Below are positions 22,950-35,691 of a stretch of DNA of 64,000 nucleotides, one piece after another (the first letter of the stretch is position 1; each line of letters starts with the position of its first letter). The position numbers were made by a program, and so were the translations under genes. The stretch comes from Octopus vulgaris (lineage: Eukaryota): the NCBI GenBank assembly GCA_951406725.2, contig OX597816.1, positions 168,516,001 through 168,580,000 on the forward strand. The letters run 5' to 3'. A model generated the notes under the pieces. It did no database searches. It saw only the letters and a list, made by a program, of their open reading frames with translations, and was not told the DNA's origin.

Positions 22950-23599
22950 AGAACAGGTAAATAAGGAACTTGAAAGCCAAGGGATAATCGAGAAGACAAA
23001 CCACTCAGATTTGGCAGCACCTACGGTCTACATAAAAACGAAAAATAATAAGTCAAGAGTTTGTACAGATTTTTCAACCGGATTGAATGATTGCTTAATT
23101 TCATGTAACTACCCATTGCCAAATCCTAAGGAAGTGTTCGCAAAATTAAATGGAGGGAAATTCTTCTCAAAATTAGATCTTATTTACAAATCCAAGTAGA
23201 GGAAGAATGCTCACACTTATTGACCATTAATACACACCGTGGCTTATTTAAAGCGGCTTCCCTTTGGTGAAAAATGTGGCTCTTAGGATACAATGTTGGT
23301 GGACAGGGATTTTGCTATCACCTATTTAGATGATATTCTAATGAAAACGAATCACACAAACAACATATGGAGCACAGAAAAAGGGTATTCGAAAAGATAA
23401 GAGAATACAGCTTTAAGTTAAGTGTAGAAAAATGCAAGTTCTTTTTAAATAAAAAGTAAATACTTGGGTTAGATAATACGTAAAAGTGGACAGAAACCTG
23501 ATCCATTCAGAACAACTGCGATAAAAAATACGCCCACACTGAATAATGTGACTATGCTACAAGCATTCTTGGGATTAGTAAATTACTACCAAATTTATA

Positions 23600-23990
23600 T
23601 TTTTGTTTAGAGAATGCATGGGCTAAGACTACACACCTTCATTGGTCAGTTAAAGTTGAGACAGTGTCATGTGACAACTTGCTGGGACTGCCTGCTGGAG
23701 CCTAGCAGTAGGTATTTAAAGGGAAAAAATTCGACAAGACAGTCAGTCTTCTACTGACACTCGTTGACGCTACATCGAAGAGGCCAGGGAACAGAAGAAA
23801 GAAGACATGCACCCAATACCAGAGCTAAAGACACCTCCGAAAGGAGGGGGCACCACGTCAAAATTGTAGAGGAGTAGGGGCCAAAACCAGATGTGGTTCC
23901 TCCTGATGATGTCTTGAGCTAAATGGATCCTACAAAGGAGCTGTTGTGGTAGCAGACCATGAAACATGGTTAAAATTCCTTTTTCCAATG
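23600..23990 (+). mobile_element. Foreign insert in Gypsy pol, possibly a Penelope-like 3' end with a degenerate hammerhead
   Basis: Breaks pol between LVNYYQIYI and the following region. CTGATGA at 23903 and GAAA at 23961. Confidence 0.4.
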
Positions 23991-25053
23991 GAAGGGCTCT
24001 GTTCAATGATACGAAAAAATCAAAATGGGGCTAGACTGATAAGTGCTAGAAGGCATTTGATGAATTCAAAAGCATTTTAACATCAAATGTATTGTTAACT
24101 CATTTTGCTCTGGAGCTGGATACTATATTGGCTACAGATACAAGTAATTACATGCAGGAGCAGGGCTTCTAGATAAATATGATGATGGGAGTAAAAAGAC
24201 TATAGTTATGCAACACAATCATTATTACTAGCAGAAAGGAACTATAGTCAAATAGAAAAGGAAGCATTAGCAATCATATTCAGTGTGAAAAAATTCCATA
24301 GATTTATTCATGGAAGAAATTTCTGTCTACAAATGGATCATCACCCACTACTGTTAGTATACGGTTCTAAAAAAGGAATACCAACACACACAGCGAATAG
24401 ACTAGTGATGGGGTACTACAGTATTGAATTATGATTACAAAATGGATTTACTGTCAAAAAAACAAGGGCATGTGGATGGTTTGTCCAGACCGATACCAAA
24501 ACACTGCAAGCCATTCAAAGATACAGTGATCACAGCATTGAGTTCAGAAAGGGAAATATAAAATGTAATGTGGAATGTGGTCCTGAATTACTGGTAACCT
24601 TTGAAAACATGAAACAAAATGCAGAAAAGGACAAATTCATAACAGAAATGAAAAGCATATTGCGGACAGGAAAAGTAAATAGGAACAAGATTGGTGTGAA
24701 ACGAAACCAAGATGTGAACCTATACTCAATTTGTGATGGTGTACTGATGTATGCACAGAGAATAGCTATACCTGAAACACTGCAAAAGAAAATGTTGAAA
24801 GAATTCCATGCTGGATATTCTGGTCTTTCGAGAATGAAAGCTTTAATGCATAGCTATGTGTATTAACCAAAATGGATAGAGAAATTGAAAATTTAGTGAA
24901 AGGCTGCAGAGGATAAAAAGTGAACCCTGGCCAAAAGTAGATGTTCCATAGTTGAGACTACACATCAATTTTGCTGGTCCCTTAAACGGTTCATACTACT
25001 TAGTGGTAGTAGATAGTTTAAAACCAACCTCCTCAACTATGGCAAACTGTCTA

Positions 25054-25930
25054 CAGGGTGTCCCAAAAGTCATTGATGGGTTTCAATTTTTAATAACTTC
25101 CTTAACTTTACAAATAAAAGCATGAAATTTTGATACAATATAAAGGGCATAATAGAAATTAATAAGCATAAGTCAAATTTTGCAACACTGCTACATCACA
25201 TATGAAAGTTGACATCGCTTAAATGGCAGCTATTTTCGGCTTCACATGTCTGTGCTCTTTTCAAAACTTGCACCATAACACTCTCAAGAGTTTCAGACCC
25301 CACTTCTCTGGTTTCTCTATTAATGTTCTTCAGTTGCACCAGGGTCTCTGGGTGTTGATGTAAACCCTCTCTTTCAGGAATCCCCACAAGAAAAAATCTG
25401 GGCTAGTCAAGTCTGGTGAACGTGAAGGCCAGTTGACATTACTGTAGCAGAATATTCTCTATCCAAAGCACTGCCATAACATTGTTTCTCTTGTGGTATG
25501 AGCAGTTGCTCCATCTTGCTGGAACCATATATGAGGTCTACTTTGAATGGCCTTCACGTTCACCAGACTTGACTAGCATGGATTTTTTTCTTGTGGGGAT
25601 ACCTGAAAGAGAGGATTTATGTCAACAAACCAGAGACCCTGGTGCAACTGAGAGAGAACATCAATAGAGAAATCAGAGAAGTGGGGTCTGAAACTCTTGA
25701 GGGTTTTATGGTGTAAGTTTTGGAAAGAGCTCAGGTGTGGGAAGCTGAAAATAATTGCCATTTAAGTGATGTCATTTTTTATTTGTGATTTAGTGGTACT
25801 GCAAAATTTGACTCATGCATATTAATTTCCAGTATGTTCTTTATATTGTATGAAAATTTCATGTATTTATTTGTAATATTAAGGAAGTTATTAAAAATTG
25901 AAACCCATCACTGTCTTTTGGAACACCCTG
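25054..25930. mobile_element. Tc1/mariner-superfamily foldback element nested in the Gypsy integrase
   Basis: TA|CAGGGTGTCCCAAAAG ... CTTTTGGAACACCCTG|TA. The roughly 390-bp inverted arms each encode WPSRSPDLTSxDFFL. Confidence 0.9.
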
Positions 25931-27562
25931 TACATGAACTATTTATGAGATTTGGCATCCCAGATATGACAGTGTCTGACAATGGAAAGTAATTTGCGTC
26001 TTTTGAGTTTAAAAAAAGTTTTGTAAAATGTTCACTGTAGAGCATGTAACTACAGCACCATACCATTCCAGATCTAACGGACAAGCAGAATGCTTTGTTG
26101 ATACATTCAAGTGAGCCCTAAGAAAGTCGAATAAGGAAGTCACAGAGTATACCATGTGACACAAAATCCAAATACACCAGCAGGTATGTCGCCAACGGAG
26201 CTGATGTTTGTGAGGAAAAAATCAGTCTTCATCAAATACTACCTGTTAAGAAAAGAAAAATTGCAACAGATAATACAGCAAGATGTTTCAAAATTGGTGA
26301 AAATATATTTGTTGGGGCATATAAAAATGGAAAACAAAGTTGGGAAGATTATGTGATTACCAAACACATAGGAAAAATGCTATACTTGGTAAAAGGAAGA
26401 AAATGGGTATACAAGAGACACATGAATCAACTAAAAAAGATTTGTTCAGCAGGAACTCAAAAGAAGGGAAAAAATCAATGGAATGTTTATATGATACTTT
26501 TCAAGTAGCAATGCTACTACAAATAATTGAACCCAGACACACAAGCAAAAGAAAAAGAAAATGTACGGAGCTCCTGGAAGTGGATGCTAAATGGGAAAAA
26601 TATTAGATGTGTAACGGTATAAAAAAAAATCAAGAAAGCGAGGTGGGGGATGTAAAAATTGTTGCTAATAAAAAGAAATAAAATGACACTCCCTAAGAAG
26701 AAAAGAAAATTTAAAAGGGGAGATGTTATGGGGATAATAGTAATAATGGAATACCCCTACCACATGATGAGTGGTATGTGCTAGTTGTTACAAATATTGT
26801 GACATCAAGCAGTCAGGGTAGTCAGTCATAGATAGTCGTGTCCTACTTGTCTAACTAACTATATTGCTATACCAGAGTGGACATCATAACAGTCCTGCGT
26901 TGGGTTACAACACTTTCTAATTTCAAATAACCTGAGGCCACAGTCTCTCAAGGATATCAGAATCGGATAACAGCGAAATAGATTTTCTGATTGACTTCAC
27001 AGGGATACAGTTTCAGAAACAAATAGCCTAATGCCCAATTAGAGGCAACAACATACTGAATCCCTGCTTCATAAACAATCTGGAAATCATCTCTAATGTA
27101 AGATACCCATACATTTTTTTCTGACAATATCACTCTTAAATTAACAATGTATAACTCTGGAAAATGTATTACTTGGCTCCCTACTAAAGACATACAAACC
27201 TTGTCCAGCCTGATAATTCAGCCCAAAAGCTTAAAAGAAATCAGCCAAGGTAAATCAGCTTCTGGAGACAAAACAAAAATAGTAAATAAAATTGAAGCTT
27301 TATACTTTATACTTTAAGTATGTTTCATTCAGAAAAGTCAACAGTGTTTAAAGAAATATAATCCTAATATACAGAAAATTTTTCATGAGATAAAGAAAAA
27401 AAGATCTCAAATAAAAAACAACTGAGAAGGAGAAAATAAAGTCCTCCCAAGAATATAAGAGAGCAATAAAGACTTCAGTTATAGAAAAAATCATAACAAA
27501 CAAGCCAAAACTAGCCTGTCACTTCATCAAAGGGACATCTACAAAATAGGATTATTATTTAA

Positions 27563-27913
27563 CCCTTTAGTGTTCAGATTATTCTATCAGACAAAATTTC
27601 TTTACAATCTCATCATAATGCTTCAGTAGTTATGTGAGGCAGCTTCTTGCCTGAGGGGAAAAGCCCATATTGGATATAACTTAAATTATTTTAAACCAGA
27701 AACATAATCATGACCTTGGTCGCAGTGAAGTAATTTGATTCCCATTGATTTGAATTAATCATGCATTATCTCATATCTTCAAGATCTTGATGGTGTAATT
27801 ACTTAATGTAGAATAACATTGTAGGGTAGGTGTGAGGGCCTGGATCTGGTCAGTTTGAACATAAAACAGATTAAATATTTTGGCTGGATATGGCTGGTTT
27901 AAATACCAAAGAG
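27563..27913. mobile_element. piggyBac-like MITE with a captured 142-bp local sequence
   Basis: TTAA flanks. The interior 27595-27736 is the reverse complement of 28688-28832. Confidence 0.75.
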
Positions 27914-28240
27914 TTAAAGGAAGTGGATCACGTTTTGTAAGCCATCACAGAGTATATGAAATACTGAATGAATAACATTTTCACCTCACTAGTGCAAAAG
28001 CAGCTCAGTCAATAGAAGTTTTTATCACTTCAACCTTTTATGGAGAAGCTGCATCAGCAGCTACTTAGGAAAAAAAGAAACTGTTGTAATAGCTTCCAAT
28101 GAAAATTTTAATATAAATTCTTTTGCAGGCTGCAATGATTCCCCAATAACTCTCTTAAAACATGCAAAAATGTCCAACCAAACCATTTCAGTTGCTTTGC
28201 CAAAATTTCTGGAAACTGGTAAAATCCCCACAAACAGTTC

Positions 28241-28655
28241 TCTCTTTCTCTCTTTTACTTGTTTCAGTCATTTGACTGTGGCCATGCTGGAGCACCGCCT
28301 TTAATCGAGCAACTCGACCCCTGGGACTTATTCTTTGTAAGCCCAGTACTTATTCTATCAGTCTCTTTTGCCGAACTGCTAAGTGACGGGGACATAAACA
28401 CACCAGCATCGGTTGTCAAGCAATGCTAGGGGGACAAACACAGACACACAACACACACACACATATACACACATATATATATACATATATACGACGGGCT
28501 TCTTTCAGTTTCCGTCTACCAAATCTACTCACAAGGCTTTGGTTGGCCCGAGGCTATAGTAGAAGACATTTGCCCAAGGTGCCACGCAGTGGGACTGAAC
28601 CCGGAACCATGTGGTTGGTAAACAAACTACTTACCACACAGCCACTCCTGCGCCT
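28241..28655 (-). mobile_element. SINE family A
   Basis: Full-length copy. Confidence 0.92.
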
Positions 28656-29268
28656 ATCCATATGGGAGGAAATGAAGCCAACACTAAAAATTACTTCACT
28701 GCGACCAAGGTCATGATTATGTTTCTGGTTTAAAATAATTTAAGTTATATCCAATATGGGTTTTTTTCCCCTCAGGCAAGAAGCTACCTCACCATAACTG
28801 CTGAAGCATTATGATGAGATTGTAAAGAAATTAATTACTTAATCACTCAAATACAGATATAGTATACCTGAACTTTACAAAGACTTTTGACAAAGGCAAT
28901 CACTGGACCTTAATAGGGAACTGGAACCAAACTTTGATCTGGAAACCTGATAGTTCCCAAAGTTTCATCTATCTTGTTTCACAACAGAAGTGTTACATCT
29001 GTTTAATATTGTCCTTGGGAATATAAGGATACACATGAGGTGGACACCCGCAGAAGAGATTTGAATAGACTGCTGTGTACATTGCAACAGGAGATGAAGA
29101 TGAGGGTAGCAGTGGTGAACTCCCTCATTCATAAAATAATTAACACAAGGTTAAAATGAATACCCTGATAGTGTCACACTTGAATGATTAAAACCAGTAC
29201 ATTTTAATATATTTGTAATAAATTATTTCCACGTCTGTTCTTCATGTATTTATATTTTCAACTTTCAG

Positions 29269-29342
29269 TGTACTCAGAATTAGAAGAGCATATACCCAAC
29301 TTTATTGCAGGTGGTACTCAACGCAAGATAAAGAACAAGAGG
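29269..29342 (+). CDS. Coding exon 5 of MH2-only protein
   Basis: ttttcaactttcag| ... AGG|gtaatg, phase 1 to 0. Encodes (V)YSELEEHIPNFIAGGTQRKIKNKR. Confidence 0.8.
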
Positions 29343-29679
29343 GTAATGGCATTCAAATTTTATCCAGAAAACTAGGTTTTGTTCTGATGCTATTTTCTTT
29401 TTCTTTTACTCATTAAAGTTTAATAACATGTTTTCTTTGCAAAGATTTGCTCATTAACCTCATTAGATAAATAATGTTATGGCTGGATTGAGATTTTTCA
29501 TTAAATCTTTTATATCTGGGTTTTAGATTTTCTTTAATTATTGGTTCAAAATGATTAACATTAGGAAGCTATCAAATCAACACCTTTCTTGTTAAGCCTC
29601 TGGTTATTAACTGGAGATGTCCATACTCATCTGAGTGCATGGGAACCAAGGGCTGGTGGTATGGATCTCATACTCTTAT

Positions 29680-30480
29680 ATCATCGTCATCATCATTGTT
29701 TGATGTGTTTTCTATGTTGGCATGGTTGGACAGCTTGACAGGAATTAGCAAGGCCAGGGCCACAATAGGTTTCATACTCCGTTTTGGCTTGGTTTTTATG
29801 GCTGGATGCCCTTCCTTATACCATCCACTCCACAGAGTGTACTGGGTGCTTTTTACATGGCACCAGCACCCACACCAATGCTTTTTATCTTGCACCTTAG
29901 TTTTATGATTTCGATTCTGTTGTGGTGGGCAAGTCTTCTTGAGTGCAGCAATGTGCTACATATCTTAGTCCTCTGTCATCTCTTTCATAAGGCTCAGTGT
30001 TTTGTGATTGGCCAGCAATATTTTGTCCCATGTCTTCCTGGGTTTCTCTTTTCCACAAATTCCCTCCGCTTTCAGTAATCAGCATTTCTCTATGCATTTG
30101 TCCTTATTCATTCATATCATGTGACCAAACCAACAGACTCCTCTCTTGCACACTGCATATATATAATTCCCCTTATGCCCAACTTTTCTCTCAATACATC
30201 AGCGCTCTGTTGCACATTCATACTGACATCGCACACCCAGTGGAGCGTACCAGCTTCATTCCTCTCCAGGTTCAGAATCCATATCTCACTATCATGTAAC
30301 ATTGCAGTTTACACACATGCATCATACAATCTTTCCTTCATTCAAGGAGAGAGAGAGAGACACCTTTGGTTACCAACAGAAGTAAAAGCTCTCTGAACTT
30401 TCTCCATCCTATTATTATTCTAGCAATTACACTTCCTGTGCGATCTCCTCCACTACTTAGCAGAAATTATCTACAATTTC
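29680..30480 (-). mobile_element. RTE LINE 3' fragment (RT C-terminus + family C 3' UTR)
   Basis: MLHDSEIWIL..LERNEAGTLHWVCDVS..QSADVLREKLGIRGI, then a PRKTW motif, then family C sequence and a (GAT)n tail. Confidence 0.85.
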
Positions 30481-30900
30481 CAAACAGCCCCTTGTTCTCT
30501 TCTTTGTTATATAAAGTAAAACCAAGCTATTGACATCTTTTGAAGGTATACTGGCATCGACTAAGACTGCTAATGAGGGAAGGTGGTGGTGGTGACAATG
30601 GTGGTGGCAATGATGATAGTGATGATGATGAGAAGGAGGAGGGGAGACAGAGGTGAATTTTAGCAGGCTGGCAAAGTGGACATTGAGTGGGTCTTATTAA
30701 AATGATTAACAACTCATGTTTTAACAGATTCTAAAATAATAAACCAATAATGGCCTAATGCACAGTACTAATGGATAATGTAATGATGTTAGCTTATTAT
30801 ATTAAGCTGTTAGCTTAGTATATTTAGTTTAATATATTTTTGGTTGATTATTGTTTATTCAAGTTGTTAGGTCTAACATTATTAATCTAACCTCCTAGTG

Positions 30901-31119
30901 CAGTGCTTTTCAAACTTTTTGCTGGAGTGGAACACCAAGGAAACATTCCACTGGCTCGAGGAACCCCTGTGCCAAAATTTTACAGTCTTATGCATACGTA
31001 TCTGCACAGGAGACTTAAAAATTACTGCCGATTTTAGCAGTTTTGTAACTTCTTGCGGAACCCCTGCACTGTACTGGTGGAACCCTAAGGTTCTGCAGAA
31101 CCCTGCTTGAAAACCACTG
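30901..31119. mobile_element. hAT Buster/Charlie MITE
   Basis: CAGTGCTTTTCAA / TTGAAAACCACTG TIRs, TSD TCCTAGTG/TCCTACTG. Confidence 0.88.
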
Positions 31120-31858
31120 TCCTACTGTATCTAATGAAGATGATATTAGATACAAGTTAGCAACAGTAATACATGAGCAACAGCAGTAGCAGCAACAGTA
31201 ACAGCAACAACAACAACAACAGTGATATAAGTTTCATGTACAACAAATAAACGTATTGTCCTTTGAAATATAAGTCGTATACATGAGGTGGACACCTGGC
31301 AAAAGAGATTTGGAAAGACTACTGGGTACATTGCAACAGGAGATAAAGATGAGGGTAGCAGTAGTGAAGTCCCTCATTCATAAAATACCTAACACAAGGT
31401 TGAAATAAATACCCTGACAGTGTCACACTTGAATGATTAAAACCACTACATTTTAATATATTAACAAGAGTTGTTATTTCAATCAGACCCACATGTTGCA
31501 ATGTCCACAATATCAATAACATGAGCTAGTCTGTTCTGCAAATTCAGAAGTACACAAATGTCAAACAGTTGACATTTTCAAAAAGCAGAGGAATGGGAAA
31601 TTTAACTGGCTACAAGCTTGCGCTGGCCATGTTCATGCAAAGATTTTATTTCCAATAGTTCGATTAATTTTTGTTTTTTTGTACCTTCTACTTGAATTTT
31701 AATGAATTTTCTCAACCATCACATCTTTAATTGTATGTTGCACATTGTATCAAGATTTGTAGCTCTATCTACTCTATATTTTTTGTTGCATTTTTATTTC
31801 ACATTTTGTTGGGTAAATTATTATCTATTTATTTATTTGTGTTAAAAACTAAGTACTA

Positions 31859-32236
31859 AGGCGCAGGAGTGGCTGTGTGGTAAGTAGCTTGCTTACCAAC
31901 CACAGGGTTCCGGGTTCAGTCCCACTTGGGCAAGTGTCTTCTACTATAGCCTAGCAATGACCAAAGCCTTGTGAGTGGATTTGGTAGACGGAAACTGAAA
32001 AAAGCCTGTCGTATATATGTTTATGTTTGTGTGTCTGTGTTTGTCGCCCCAACATTGCTTGACAACTGATGCTGGTGTGTTTACATCATTGTAACTTAGC
32101 GGTTCGGCAAAAGAGACCGATAGAATAAGTACTAGGCTTACAAAGAATAAGTCCTGGGGTCGATTTCTTCGACTAAAGGCGGTGCTCCAGCATGGCCACA
32201 GTCAAATGACTGAAACAAGTAAAAGAGTAAAAGAGT
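31859..32236 (+). mobile_element. SINE family A
   Basis: Near full-length copy. Confidence 0.92.
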
Positions 32237-32580
32237 ATACTATTTATGTATGTAAAGACTAATGCTATGCTTTGAAGTGCTTCCTTTTTCTTCTTTGAAG
32301 TTTCATGAATATAGACTACTATTCAAAGTTGCTATGTTTATATAGCTTCTATATTCACCTTTCCTCTCTGTATCCTTTGCTTTTTCTGGCACATTGTTCA
32401 TTTCTAATTAATATCCTGTTTTCATCAACATTTCTAACACCACTATATAATAAGATAAATTCTTTATAGAATTAGAATTATTTATGTCCAAATGAGATTT
32501 TTTAAAATTTATTTATAACTTTTACTGTTCATCATTGTAAAAACAATGATATTAACTGAGCTCTTATTTTTCTCTTCTAG

Positions 32581-32716
32581 AAGAAAACATTCAAAGGAAG
32601 AATTTACACTAGTCAGAAAGAATCTGACCTAAAACGCAAAACAAGGATGTCTTTGGCCATGAAAGGCTACAAAGTAAAGGACTTTATGAAATATAGCTGG
32701 GAAAATGAAGATGTTG
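32581..32716 (+). CDS. Coding exon 6 of MH2-only protein
   Basis: tttttctcttctag| ... G|gtaaga, phase 0 to 1. Encodes KKTFKGRIYTSQKESDLKRKTRMSLAMKGYKVKDFMKYSWENEDV. Confidence 0.85.
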
Positions 32717-33007
32717 GTAAGAAAACCTTACATGACAATTAAAATAAGAATTTTTAAAAAAATCTTTTCAATCCATTTTTTTGTAATTTCCAGTAAGAGA
32801 ATTCTAAAAAATATGACTATCGAGCAGGAAAAACAAAGAGTAAGAATATAATGCTGATCAATCAATCACTTGATATTGCCTAATCAATAATATTGACATG
32901 CCAATTTGTTTTTTGTATGTATCTGACGTGTGTGTCACGCTTAAGAAATTTTGTTGTTTAAATAAAAATTTTTTACTAGGTCTCTTGTAATTTCTGGAAG
33001 AGATTTA

Positions 33008-33211
33008 AGGCAGCAAGCTGACAGAAACATTAGCACGCTGGGCGAAATGCTTAGAGGTATTTCATCTGTCTTTACGTTCTGAGTTCAAATTCCACCAAGG
33101 CCGACTTTGCCTTTCATCCTTTTGGGGTCAATACTAGATGTGTACTGGGGTCGATCCAATCGACTGGCTTCCTCCCCCCAAATTTTGGGCCTTGTGCCTA
33201 CAGTAGAAAGG
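33008..33211 (+). mobile_element. SINE family D
   Basis: tRNA-like head + gactttgcctttcatcctttt (Nin/Deu-like). Flanked by atttctggaaga. Confidence 0.8.
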
Positions 33212-33851
33212 AATTTCTGGAAGACATTTGAAACCACCATCTATGTGTTGTATTACTAATTTTCAACACCCATGCCTACTGGACCACTGAAGCAGTAATG
33301 ATCTTAATGAGAAAATTAAGATACTTAAATTTGATACATGTGTCAAGGAAGTGAGAGAGAAAAAGAGAGAACGAGAGGGAGTGGCTGATAAGTATTTGAA
33401 TTCCTTTGTATGATTGAACTGAAATTTACCCCAGTTTTTAAAGGCCCAACCACACACACATTTGTTTTAGGTCTTCTACACATTTGAATTTGGCCATTCA
33501 CCAGATAACATGTTAAGTCTTATGTTCCAAATTTAAATTTTCAATTTGTTTTAATTATAAAATTACACCTCAGTTAAAAAACATCTTTTGACTTTCAAAC
33601 ACAAACTTTTCTTCCTCTTTCTATATTTTTTTGCTAAGTTACAATTTCTTGTTTTGGTCAGAATTTTTCAAATTTCTTTTTTCTCGTATCAAGTAATGGA
33701 CAAAAACATTCTATTTTTTCTCCTTACCCTTAATACTAACATGAGCATAGTATGAGAGAAATTTGGCTGTTATTTCTAGCAAATTCAACAACCACACAGA
33801 GTTGTTCAGTTGGCACATTTGTTGATGTGCATAAGTAAACAAAAACGAAAA

Positions 33852-33900
<49 letters not shown>

Positions 33901-35691
33901 GAATGTATGTGTGTGTGCAATAATAAGTCACAGGTGGTGGAAATAAATGTGACTGTCACTTGCCATATTTTTGGTGAAGAATCTGTCTGTTTTTGATAGG
34001 ATTTTACCAATTTCGTTTAACTAATATCAAGCAATTGACGAAAGAATTTTTAAAAAGATGAACTTCATATATGTATATAAATATATATATACATATATAT
34101 ACTTATATATATATATATACTAGTTTATCACCCAGCAACAACGGGTCATAGTGCTAGTGCATGTATATATGTGTATATATATATGTACATATTACATGTA
34201 CATCTATATATATACATCTACACATAAAATACAAAATACAAAGTTATATCTTGATATCGCTAGTGATAACAATACTCAAAATATATAACAGACTGGAATT
34301 GTAGGCCTGTCTCTTACAATTTCGATCAATTGTATCTTGTCCTCCCTCTTGTATAGAAGTGTGACTACAATCCAGCCTACCTCTACATCTAGGGGAACAT
34401 TTTAAATTTTTATCCTGGACGTCCTATGTCCGTTGAATCAAACCTTGCTTCTATTGCGGCGAAATTACGGCCTGTAGTTAGATATCTTTCATAGTCACAC
34501 CAAGACACTTTTCGATGGTGCTTTCCTCCAGTTGTTCAAATCTTTTTTTTTTTCTCTACATTGTATACTTTATAGACAATAGTCTTTTCTTTACTTTAAT
34601 TTTTTATTTCGTTTGGTGGTGTTATCCTAGATTCACCGTCTTTGTCGGTGATCAATCCGTATTTCTTCCATTTTAATTTCAATGAGTTCACGCCCACCGA
34701 CGGCTGCAGCGAAATTCATTTTTGGACTTTCTTCTATTGAAGGCATTGTAACAAAAATGCTTCCGTGTAAACAGTGAAAATATTGTCAATTTCCCCAAAC
34801 AGGGACACAATTCAATTTTTAAACAATAACCAAAGCTCCTTCTCTCAAAGGGGGGGGGGGGGTTTACAGTTTACAATTATTTAACAAATGCAACACAACA
34901 ATGTTTCCTTTACGAGGAACCAACAAACGTGATAACAATAGTTAAACAGTAATAATAATAACAAAAAGCCTTACGGTGAATCAAAAAGCAGTAAGCAGTT
35001 GAAGCTTTAGTCCTTTATGTATAAGAAATAAACCAACAGCAGTACTCTGTAGGAGCGGCTGTTTGAGAAAACAGATATTACATACATCCAAACTTCATAT
35101 AGATACTTAATGCTAGCTAATTAGCAGATAATCTAATGTAAAAGCACAGCTCCATCTGGACTATTCCATTTCTGCACATTAATTTTATTTTTAATTTATT
35201 CCCATTCATGTGAAACCACTTATTCAAGTTCAAGTCATTGATGCAATTTTATACCAATTGCTATTTTTACTTTTGTTATGTTACGATTATATTATACTTT
35301 AGTTTGATTTTAATTATTACTTACTACATATAATTCAATTGTTATTATTATTTTTATTGTTAAAGTGAAAGTATCTGACATAAAATAGAGAAATGTTTTT
35401 GTTTCACTTTTAACACAATACTGAAATAGTGGATAAGATATGATATTGCTATGGGCTCGCTCTAGGCAAGAAGTTGAACATTTTTTTTTGCTCATGAAAC
35501 TACATGGACCCTAAGTAAGGCATGTGTAAAATTTGAATGAAATTGGCTGTGTAGTTCTCAAGTTTTAGGGAAACACACAGACAGACATACATTCTCAGTT
35601 TTATATATATAGAGATAACATATGATAATATAGTAAATGATACTTTAATACTATTAAATTATTTCTACAAGAAATAAATAACATAAAATGA

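Larger units (their letters stand above)
22950..26450 (+). pseudogene. Gypsy pol remnants (RT, RNase H, integrase)
   Basis: GIIEKTNHSDLAAPTV..RVCTDFSTGLND..YPLP..EVFAKLNGGKFFSKLDL and DGVLMYAQRIAIPETLQKKMLKEFHAGYSGLSRMKALMHSYVY. Confidence 0.9.
20132..26912 (+). mobile_element. Full-length decayed Ty3/Gypsy LTR retrotransposon (K02A2.6/Mag-like)
   Basis: LTRs 20132-20319 and 26724-26912 (TG...CA), 5-bp TSD CTTTC, PPT aaaaggggaga. Contains gag, protease (QLDPGSD), RT (YLDDI), RNase H (NYSQIEKEALAI) and integrase (PYHSRSNGQAE) with stops and frameshifts. Confidence 0.95.

Noticed and set aside
34120-35615. Minus-strand Helitron with a helicase remnant (KTIVYK)
   Set aside because: The 5'-like end at about 35615 is plausible, but the 3' boundary and coding similarity are too weak to call.
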